Both the position numbers and the translations under genes were made by a program. Of a DNA stretch of 31,418 nt, positions 24,750 through 31,418 are shown piece by piece (the first letter of the stretch is position 1; every line of letters begins with the position of its first letter). This DNA is from a virus. Its lineage: Duplodnaviria; Caudoviricetes. Location: the IMG/VR virus record IMGVR_UViG_3300042196_000044, positions 1 to 31,418 of that record; one strand, given 5' to 3'. The notes under the pieces are model-generated. The model did no database searches. It worked only from the letters and a program-made list of their open reading frames with translations, and was not told the origin of the DNA.

Positions 24750-25094
24750 TTATGCCGTCGGCCGGGTCAGAAGCACCATGCCGGTCGCGGACGGGTTATC
24801 CGCTACCGCTACGGCGACGCCAATCAGTGTGTTGCCGCCCGCAGACGTGGTGCACTCGCTGCCGGTCCAGTAGACCTTGTCGCCTACCGCCCATGCCTGG
24901 GCGCTTGTCTTGGGCAGGGTCCAGACGCCACTGGTCTGGATCGTCAAGGCCGCTCCGGTCTCTGCATCGTGAACGCAAACACCGAACAAACTGCCGATCA
25001 GCAGCCCGTCGCCAGACGAAACGGCAGTATCGTCACTGCCGTCAGGAGCCGTCACCGTGATCCGGTCGCCGGCCTGAATGAAGTTCGTAGCCAT
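24750..25094 (-). CDS. DUF2190 family capsid-associated (cement/decoration) protein
   Basis: NFIQAGD.ITVTAP..V.SGDGLLIG.LFGV..GVW.LPK..W.VGDKVYW..N.LIGVA; directly after the capsid gene. Confidence 0.9.
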   Translation of the reverse strand: MATNFIQAGDRITVTAPDGSDDTAVSSGDGLLIGSLFGVCVHDAETGAALTIQTSGVWTLPKTSAQAWAVGDKVYWTGSECTTSAGGNTLIGVAVAVADNPSATGMVLLTRPTA

Positions 25095-25115
25095 TTCGCA
25101 ATCTCCATGAGAGAG

Positions 25116-25137
25116 GGGGCAGCGCTCACACTGCCCC
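25116..25137 (-). terminator. GC-rich hairpin after the major capsid gene
   Basis: GGGGCAGTG-TGAG-CGCTGCCCC followed by CTCTCTC; no true U tract. Confidence 0.45.
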
Positions 25138-25160
25138 GTTGATTTCAGTCAGAGCCGGGA

Positions 25161-27290
25161 TTACTCGCCAGCGTTTTTGTACAGCCCACGAAAGTCCAAC
25201 GCCTTCACGCCGGCATCAATGCGGACCTTGAACTCGACACCGTCGACGTTCCAGCCGTCACGCTGTTCGAGCATCGGCTGATCGTTGCCGTTGAGGTATG
25301 CAACCTCGATGGTGTCGTGCTGCATCGGATCAGCGGCCAGATACCACGCCTTGGTCGAGTTGGCCGACAGGCGCCCATCGGAGATGACCGTCGCCAGGCC
25401 ACGGACATGGTTCGGCGTCCGCTGCGTCTTGGCAGGATCGAACTCCGAGTTCATCAGCGTGGATGCAACCCCCTCCAACTCCACCGGCACCAGGAAGTAG
25501 CGCGGGCGGATGTTGAGGGCCACCGCATGACCATCCGGGTCCGTCTGGATAGCCATTGAGGCGCGACCCGCATCGAGCGTGGTCACGTTCGGCGCTGCGC
25601 CGCTGCCGGCCAAGTTGCTATGGTTGGCATGGAACAACGCGATGTTGTCCGCCATCGCGGCATTGTCCGTGAGCACGGCATACACCAGATTCCCGACCGT
25701 GCGGCGAGCCGCCCTGCCCATTCGCGCCGGAATGCGCGTGAAGGCATTCAGGTCGTCATTGACGACGGCCTGGCGGGTAATAGCAAACATCTTGCCGTAG
25801 GTGGCAAGCTGAATGCTCTCGCCTCGATCACCAATGGTCCCGTAGGTGTATTCCGCACCTTCTGGAACTTCTGCCAGACTCGGAAACAGGTTGAGGTCGA
25901 CACGCTTCTCTGCCTTGAAATCGGTCAGAACACCGCGCGCCGTCCATGCATCGAAGGTCTCCTCGCCCTCCATGTACCCCTTCAACATCGCCTTGTTAGC
26001 AACGTTGGCGAGGATTTCCACGAAGTCGGACGTAGAATGCTGCCCGGCCGTCATGTATGGGCGGAACGCCTCGCCCGCCATCTCCAGCGGGGTGCGAAAG
26101 TTCATGGTGACATTGCGCCGCCGCAGATGCTCGCGTGCGAGGTTATCGAGCTTCATCGAAGTGAACTCGTTGACCTCACCGCCCTCCATGCCAGCACGAA
26201 ACAGAAGGGCGCGGGTGGCCCCCTCCTTGAACCGATCCGCTCCATCGGCGCCCGGCGTAATGTGCGGGGCCGTCTCGCGGCTCTCGGCCGGCTCTCGGTC
26301 AAGCACCGAAGCGATGATCAAGTCCTTCGCCTTGTCGACGCTGTTGCCGGCCTTATCGATGACATCGTAAGTCTGGTCGAGAGTCATCTTGGCGGCACGG
26401 CACCGCGACATGATCTCACGCGTGACATCGCGAGGCTCTGCCACGGTCTCTGCCGCAGACGATGGCACCGGCTTCTCTGCCGCTGCCATCTTCGCTTCGG
26501 CCGCGTCGAGTCGCTTCAACACTGCCTGGTAGTTGACATCGAGCGCATTATCGCTGCCGTCTGTCTCTGTGGCCTTGATCTCCGCGGCCACCACGGGCGT
26601 TGCCTTGCTCATAATAGCAAGCTCCTTTGGTTGTGCGGACCTAGCCGCGGGTGAAACAGGCCGCTTGCGCTTAGTCTTGCGCTGCGCAGACTGCAGAATG
26701 TGGTCTGGTGTCTTCTGGTAGAGCGTATAATCGAACGCGGCATAGGCTGTTGCCTCGCCATCACTTTCCACTTCATCGGCAAAGCCAAGTTCCTCTGCCT
26801 CCTGGCCGTCAAGCCAGGTCTCCGCCAGCATCAGGTTGCGGATTTCCTCGGCTGACTTGTCACTCCGCTCGGCGTAGATCGACGCCGCGATATCGCCCAT
26901 CTTGTCGAGCACGTTGGCAGTGCCCCTGTGGTCCTCCGCCGTGCCCAGCGTGAGCCCAGACGGGTCGTGGATCATCATCAGCGAACCAGGGCGCATGACG
27001 ATCAGATCGCCAGCCATCGCCACGACACTCGCGGCCGAGGCCGCGATGCCGTCGACGTACATCGTGACCTCGCCGGGATGAGCTTTCAGTGCGTTGAAAA
27101 TCGCGGTGCCTTCGCTGACGAGGCCACCACCAGAATTGAGTCGCACAGAGACATCGCCCCGACCCATCTCGTGCAGGGCCTCAATGACCTCGCGAGCCGT
27201 AAAGTGGTCTTCGTCAGACCAGCCGAAGTCACCGACATCGCCGTACAGGACGAGTTCATCGCCCACGATCAGTTTATGGGGCATGATCAT
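25161..27290 (-). CDS. ClpP-like prohead protease / major capsid protein fusion
   Basis: N-terminal NSGGG, DGIAASAAS, MMIHDP, ETWL; C-terminal HSTSDF..L, DFK, TYGK.FAITRQA.VNDDL, IEVAYLNG..P, D.RGLYKN; AAGGAGG SD. Confidence 0.95.
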   Translation of the reverse strand: MIMPHKLIVGDELVLYGDVGDFGWSDEDHFTAREVIEALHEMGRGDVSVRLNSGGGLVSEGTAIFNALKAHPGEVTMYVDGIAASAASVVAMAGDLIVMRPGSLMMIHDPSGLTLGTAEDHRGTANVLDKMGDIAASIYAERSDKSAEEIRNLMLAETWLDGQEAEELGFADEVESDGEATAYAAFDYTLYQKTPDHILQSAQRKTKRKRPVSPAARSAQPKELAIMSKATPVVAAEIKATETDGSDNALDVNYQAVLKRLDAAEAKMAAAEKPVPSSAAETVAEPRDVTREIMSRCRAAKMTLDQTYDVIDKAGNSVDKAKDLIIASVLDREPAESRETAPHITPGADGADRFKEGATRALLFRAGMEGGEVNEFTSMKLDNLAREHLRRRNVTMNFRTPLEMAGEAFRPYMTAGQHSTSDFVEILANVANKAMLKGYMEGEETFDAWTARGVLTDFKAEKRVDLNLFPSLAEVPEGAEYTYGTIGDRGESIQLATYGKMFAITRQAVVNDDLNAFTRIPARMGRAARRTVGNLVYAVLTDNAAMADNIALFHANHSNLAGSGAAPNVTTLDAGRASMAIQTDPDGHAVALNIRPRYFLVPVELEGVASTLMNSEFDPAKTQRTPNHVRGLATVISDGRLSANSTKAWYLAADPMQHDTIEVAYLNGNDQPMLEQRDGWNVDGVEFKVRIDAGVKALDFRGLYKNAGE

Positions 27291-27298
27291 GCCTCCTT

Positions 27299-28801
27299 TC
27301 AGTCTTGAAAATCAGGCACCTCAACGGGGTTGCCAGCGTTCGTCACCTTGCGTGGATCGGAATCGAAGATCAGCCCATTGTCATCAGCGCGGGCATTGTC
27401 CGCCGCGATCTCGGCATCGAGATCAGCCGGGTCAAATCCGCGATTGCGCTGTTCCTCGGAGCGCGACGTAAGCCCGCCCCGGATCGCCTTGATGGTGGCC
27501 GGCACCTCTTGAGCCGGGTTGATCATTTCACGGCGAGGCTCAGACCAGATGATCTCTGCCGGCCACCTTCTGCCAAGCTCGACGGCGGCAGCATCGAGGA
27601 ACCATTGCCCAATACGGTCGCACAGTTGCGGCCTTAGCATGTGTCCGCGCCACGCATCGATTGATCGCTGAAACTCCAGCCACCCCATGCGGCCAGAGGA
27701 AAAATTCACGTTGGACAAGTCGCCGGTCAGCGACTCGTAACTGATGCCAAGTCCGACAGCGACTTCACGGTCGACGTTCATCATGTAGTCGCCATAGTCA
27801 CCGACACCCGGCGGGTTGCCGAACGACACCTGCTCGCCATCGCGTAGGCGCTCGATCATACCAGGCTCGATAGTCTCCAATGGTACGTCGCGGTCATTGA
27901 CCTTCGGTGTACCATCCGCGTTGGTCTCTTCGATAAACTCATCATTGCTATGAATGAACGCGGCAAAACATGCAGCAATCTTCTGCCTCATAAGGTAGGC
28001 ATCAGCCACGTCGGCGCGATCACGCAGCCGCAGGATGATAGGTGCAAACCACGTTACGCCGCGAGCCTGACCGGGCCGGTCGGTCCTGAAGATGTGCGCA
28101 ACGAACTCCGCCGGCACCGGATGGCTTGGAAAGAAGCCGGAAAGCAAACTGCCGGGATGTTCGTTGAACAAATGATAGGCGACAATCTTTCCGAACCGGG
28201 TGAACTCGACGCCCTGGATCGCCACGTTGCCATTGGGCAGCCGCCCGTTGACGGCCGCGTCAAGGTGGTCTGGCTCCATCACCTGAAGCTGAAACGGCAG
28301 CGGCAGCTTATCGGAGGCGCGGCGCGGCCTCATCCGGACCAGACATTCCCCGGCCTCGACCACCGTCCCCATCACAAGGGCCTCAAGCCCCGCCAGATTA
28401 TGGCGGCCCAATACATCGCAGGCCGTGGTGTCGAAATGCGCTTTCAACAGCCGCTCAAGCTCGGCCTGCCCTTGTTCCACAGTGGACAGTGCCGATGGCA
28501 GGATGCCCTTGCCAACCACGTTATGGGCGATAACCTGTTTTGCCCGCGCCGCGTGCGGATTGTTGCGCACCATGTCGCGCGCAACGTCTCGCAACCGGGA
28601 TCGACCCGCCAGGACTTCCGCATTTGCATCGGTCGATACGACGCGCCAACCCTGCGAACGCCGACTCGTCGTGGCGCCTTCGTATTGCATCCGGGCCGCA
28701 AGCACACCGTTCATGCGCGAGCGCGCCAGTTCACGCGCAAGGGCACGCCGGGGCACGACATAGCCCAGCACTCGCTCAAACAGATTGCTGGCCACGCTCA
28801 C
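27299..28801 (-). CDS. Phage portal protein, lambda family
   Basis: LR..ARD.VRNN, GECL, LQV.EPDHL, RPGQ.RGV, LTGDLS.VNFSS.R.G, DSDPR. Confidence 0.95.
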   Translation of the reverse strand: MSVASNLFERVLGYVVPRRALARELARSRMNGVLAARMQYEGATTSRRSQGWRVVSTDANAEVLAGRSRLRDVARDMVRNNPHAARAKQVIAHNVVGKGILPSALSTVEQGQAELERLLKAHFDTTACDVLGRHNLAGLEALVMGTVVEAGECLVRMRPRRASDKLPLPFQLQVMEPDHLDAAVNGRLPNGNVAIQGVEFTRFGKIVAYHLFNEHPGSLLSGFFPSHPVPAEFVAHIFRTDRPGQARGVTWFAPIILRLRDRADVADAYLMRQKIAACFAAFIHSNDEFIEETNADGTPKVNDRDVPLETIEPGMIERLRDGEQVSFGNPPGVGDYGDYMMNVDREVAVGLGISYESLTGDLSNVNFSSGRMGWLEFQRSIDAWRGHMLRPQLCDRIGQWFLDAAAVELGRRWPAEIIWSEPRREMINPAQEVPATIKAIRGGLTSRSEEQRNRGFDPADLDAEIAADNARADDNGLIFDSDPRKVTNAGNPVEVPDFQD

Positions 28802-28992
28802 GCCCCGCTGCGAAACGTGGCGAGTGTCCGTCGGATGCCATTTCCATTAACCTCGGCCTCCATAATCGCCAAGGTTTCGCGCATCTCCTTCAGTGTCTGA
28901 TTATTGACGGACGTGTCCCCGTGCCGGGTCGCCGCGACACCGCTGGCAATTTTGCGCCTGAGATCGTCGATATTTGCCTGGGTGAAAGCCAT
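28798..28992 (-). CDS. Head completion protein (gpW-like)
   Basis: MAFTQANIDDLRRKIASG..D.SV...TL.EM; between terminase and portal. Confidence 0.8.
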   Translation of the reverse strand: MAFTQANIDDLRRKIASGVAATRHGDTSVNNQTLKEMRETLAIMEAEVNGNGIRRTLATFRSGA

Positions 28993-28996
28993 GATC

Positions 28997-30925
28997 CTAC
29001 CTGTTCAGCCATGCGCCATGACGCTCTTTGCGTGGCGTTGCACCTAACCAGTTGCCCCGCAGCGAGCGCTCAGGCGGAGGGACCTCCTTGAGCCGCACAG
29101 GCGCGAACGCCGTCCGATGCAACCGCGCACCAAGGCTGGCCCGTGCCGCCAAGGCGTACACAGCGCAGTCCAGCGCCTCATTGCGCCGGCCGCCCGGCAA
29201 ATCCCATATTCGTGTCAGCCGCCCCCGCCGCTTGCGGACCACGACCTGTTCGGCCGTCAACTGGTCGATGACATGCGGCTCGATACCGGCGGCGATATGA
29301 ACGAAGCCCGGCCCGGTTTCCGTCAGCCTGAAGCGCCCGTAGAGCGCGTCCTTGGCGGTCTCGACGCCGATGTTGTGGAACCGGAACGCCTGCTTGGCTT
29401 TCTTCGATACGCTGGCCTTGGGCGTCCAGATCGGCTTAGGCCCCGGTACGCCGTGAATGGCGAACACCCGGCGCCCCCGCCGGGAATGACAGAACCGCAG
29501 TACCTGGTCGGTATGATGCCCGCCCATGTCGATGCACGCCGCCTGAATCCGCATCGACAAGCCGGACGCTGTATGCCTCATGGCGAGCAGCCATTCGTCC
29601 AGATCGTCCCAGACTTCCGTTGTTGCCGGATCGCCGTAGAGCACCTGGTGCTCCAGCAGCCAGCTTTCCTCCGCTTCACCAAAGCCCCACAGCGACGCCT
29701 CAAGCCGGTCGCCTTGCGTATCCACCCCGGCCGTGATCGCTGAAACCTCGTCGGGCACGTCTTCCGGCCCAAACGCCTCGACGCGGTTGAGCAGCGCCCC
29801 AGCGTCAATCTTCTCCGCGTCCTCTTCCCAGCACTCGCCGAGCGCCGTGTTTGTCCACACCTGCAGGCGGTGTGCATCGTCCTTTGAGTCCAGAAACTCT
29901 CTCACCGTCTCCGACAGTCTGCGCCATGGCGAATAGATTTCACTGATGTGGAACCCGGCGATTCCGGTGAACTCTTTGGCCGCTCTCCACTCGCCCTTGC
30001 GCACCGCCTGCCAGCGCTGGACATCATTCCAGATCGAGCCGCATTCCTCGCACGCATAGCCTGCCGTTTCCGGGCGATGGCGTTCCCGGTGCGTGCCTTC
30101 GTCCTTATCCCAAACGACTTGAGCCCAGCACAACGTCTGTTCGCGGCCGCAGTCCGGGCACGAAACCCAGAACTTGCGCTGATCGCTCTCGTCATACGCC
30201 GCCTCGATGCGCGACAGTCCCTTGATCTTCGGCGTACTTGTCAGCACGATCTTGCGGTTCCAGAACGTCGTGGCCCGCTTCACGGCCAGAGAAACCGGAT
30301 CGCCCTCTGTCCCCGCACTTTCGTCGTAACGGTCGACCTCGTCGCAGAGCACGATGCGGATCGGACGTGACGCCAGAGAGGCGGGCGAGTTGGCGCCGGA
30401 CAAGCTGATGTGCCCGCCAGTGAACGTCTTGTGCCGCACCGTATTGCCGCTGTCCCTGGACCGCGCATCGGCAATGCGCCCGCTCAACGTCGGCGTATCC
30501 CGCACCATCGGAGCCAAGCGGTCCTTGGAAAAGGTTTCCGCCATCTCTAGCGTCGGCTGCACCATCAACATCGGTGCCGGGTCTTGATCTACGTGAAACC
30601 CGATCACGTTCAGCAGCACCTCGGTCTTGCCGACCTGAGCCGATGACATCACCACGACGGTATGCACAAGAGGATCGCTGACCGCATCCATTATGCCGCG
30701 TTGGTATTCCGCGCGGCTCGTATCCCAGCGTCCCGGCTCAGCACTCGCCTCGGGGCTCAGTTGCCGTTCTCGATCAGCCCACTGGCTTACCGTAAGGTTC
30801 GGCGGCGGCGTGAAGGCCAGCCACCAGTCCTGGCACGCATCAAGCGTTGCCTTCCCCGTCGTCAGATACAGGTACCCCGGCAACGATGGTGCCCGCGAGT
30901 TCCGCGAGCGCTTCGTTGGTGGCAT
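28997..30925 (-). CDS. terL: Terminase large subunit, GpA family (start uncertain)
   Basis: TVSQWAD, Walker A SAQVGKT, Walker B VLCDEVD, TSTP, two CxxC, GVDTQ, ID.GG, RNEALDC. Confidence 0.95.
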   Translation of the reverse strand: MPPTKRSRNSRAPSLPGYLYLTTGKATLDACQDWWLAFTPPPNLTVSQWADRERQLSPEASAEPGRWDTSRAEYQRGIMDAVSDPLVHTVVVMSSAQVGKTEVLLNVIGFHVDQDPAPMLMVQPTLEMAETFSKDRLAPMVRDTPTLSGRIADARSRDSGNTVRHKTFTGGHISLSGANSPASLASRPIRIVLCDEVDRYDESAGTEGDPVSLAVKRATTFWNRKIVLTSTPKIKGLSRIEAAYDESDQRKFWVSCPDCGREQTLCWAQVVWDKDEGTHRERHRPETAGYACEECGSIWNDVQRWQAVRKGEWRAAKEFTGIAGFHISEIYSPWRRLSETVREFLDSKDDAHRLQVWTNTALGECWEEDAEKIDAGALLNRVEAFGPEDVPDEVSAITAGVDTQGDRLEASLWGFGEAEESWLLEHQVLYGDPATTEVWDDLDEWLLAMRHTASGLSMRIQAACIDMGGHHTDQVLRFCHSRRGRRVFAIHGVPGPKPIWTPKASVSKKAKQAFRFHNIGVETAKDALYGRFRLTETGPGFVHIAAGIEPHVIDQLTAEQVVVRKRRGRLTRIWDLPGGRRNEALDCAVYALAARASLGARLHRTAFAPVRLKEVPPPERSLRGNWLGATPRKERHGAWLNR

Positions 30926-31331
30926 TGGATAACTTCTCCTGAACGGCCGGCAACGAACTCTCGCCCAGCACCAGCGGCGCCATCTTCGTCGGCAGCGACA
31001 AGAGCCGGGCGCGCACGCGGGCAAACGATGCCGTAACCGCCACATGAACATCGGCTCGCGGAAGCAACTCCTTGCGAGTCGCCGCATTGGTCAGCGCCGT
31101 CTTGTCCGCTAGTTCCTTGTCCTTGCGGGCACGCTCTTGGGCAGGCTCTAGATCGCCCGAGATGACACGCCCGGCCGCCACCTCGCGCTGATGCCGGATG
31201 TACTGCTCACGCACCGCGTCCATGCCATACGCAGCACGCGACTGACGGGTGATCACATCCTCGTCAAGCAGCTGCTTGAACCGCCGCTCGTCCATGAACA
31301 GGTGCTTGGCGCATTCGGCAATGGTCGCCAT
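30840..31331 (-). CDS. terS: Terminase small subunit, Nu1-like
   Basis: N-terminal winged-HTH pattern AT..ECAKHL....RR..QL...VI; ERAR..KE.AD; R.RLL.LP; directly upstream of terL. Confidence 0.88.
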   Translation of the reverse strand: MATIAECAKHLFMDERRFKQLLDEDVITRQSRAAYGMDAVREQYIRHQREVAAGRVISGDLEPAQERARKDKELADKTALTNAATRKELLPRADVHVAVTASFARVRARLLSLPTKMAPLVLGESSLPAVQEKLSNATNEALAELAGTIVAGVPVSDDGEGNA

Positions 31332-31384
31332 TCATTCATGCTGCTTATGGTTGGGGGCAAGTGATGAAGGCCCCTTATGACAGG

Positions 31385-31418
31385 CTGGCCCTAGAAATAG
31401 AACTTGCTGAAGTCGCCC
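31385..31418 (-). other. Candidate cos/packaging initiation region
   Basis: Minus strand begins GGGCGACTTCAGCAAGTTCTATTTCTAG, 87 nt upstream of terS; partial resemblance to lambda cosN GGGCGGCGACCT...CTATTT. Confidence 0.4.

Larger units (their letters stand above)
1..31418 (-). mobile_element. Lambda-like long-tailed phage/prophage, late gene arm
   Basis: Syntenic packaging-head-tail gene set, mostly translationally coupled; no host housekeeping genes recognised. Confidence 0.95.

Noticed and set aside
3756-28900. Long plus-strand ORFs (3756-4742, 6457-7623, 10135-11238, 25620-26654, 27950-28900 and similar)
   Set aside because: Antisense shadows of well-supported minus-strand genes in GC-rich DNA; no recognisable motifs.
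30926-31087. N-terminal extension of terL in the ORF track
   Set aside because: Lies deep inside terS in another frame and reads as off-frame sequence. Similar over-extended starts were trimmed for several genes where ATGA/GTGA coupling or an SD marks the start.
1-31418. Gene transfer agent
   Set aside because: GpA/Nu1 terminase, lambda-type portal, ~1000 aa tape measure, homing endonucleases and morons do not fit the RcGTA gene set.

Overview
The whole window is the packaging, head and tail arm of a GC-rich lambda-like siphophage or prophage, encoded on the minus strand. The gene families suggest an alphaproteobacterial host (inference). Transcription order from the right end: probable cos region, Nu1-like small terminase, GpA large terminase, gpW-like protein, lambda-family portal, ClpP protease-major capsid fusion, DUF2190 capsid-associated protein, a ~10 kb insert, head-tail joining protein, tail terminator, tail tube, tail chaperone with a -1 frameshift (CCCTTTC), a tail-associated protein, an inverted two-gene moron, tape measure, tail tip genes, a collagen-like fibre and a holin-like protein. 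The most notable element is the insert between DUF2190 and the head-tail joining gene. It holds nine tightly coupled glycan-enzyme genes: three Maf/MptE(DUF115)-like proteins, a cupin, a SAM methyltransferase, a KpsS/KpsC-like GT-B, a CMP-ulosonate synthetase fused to an RraA/HMG-aldolase domain, a GT-A and a sulfotransferase. These are followed by a Ser/Thr/Ala-rich protein with 21 repeats. I infer a phage-encoded pathway that decorates the virion with a methylated/sulfated ulosonic-acid glycan. The left end carries a separate operon, divergent from an RHH regulator, with a MotA/TolQ/ExbB-like and ExbD/MotB-like membrane pair. No integrase, endolysin, tRNA, rRNA or CRISPR array was recognised. 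All family calls come from motif recognition by eye, not database searches.
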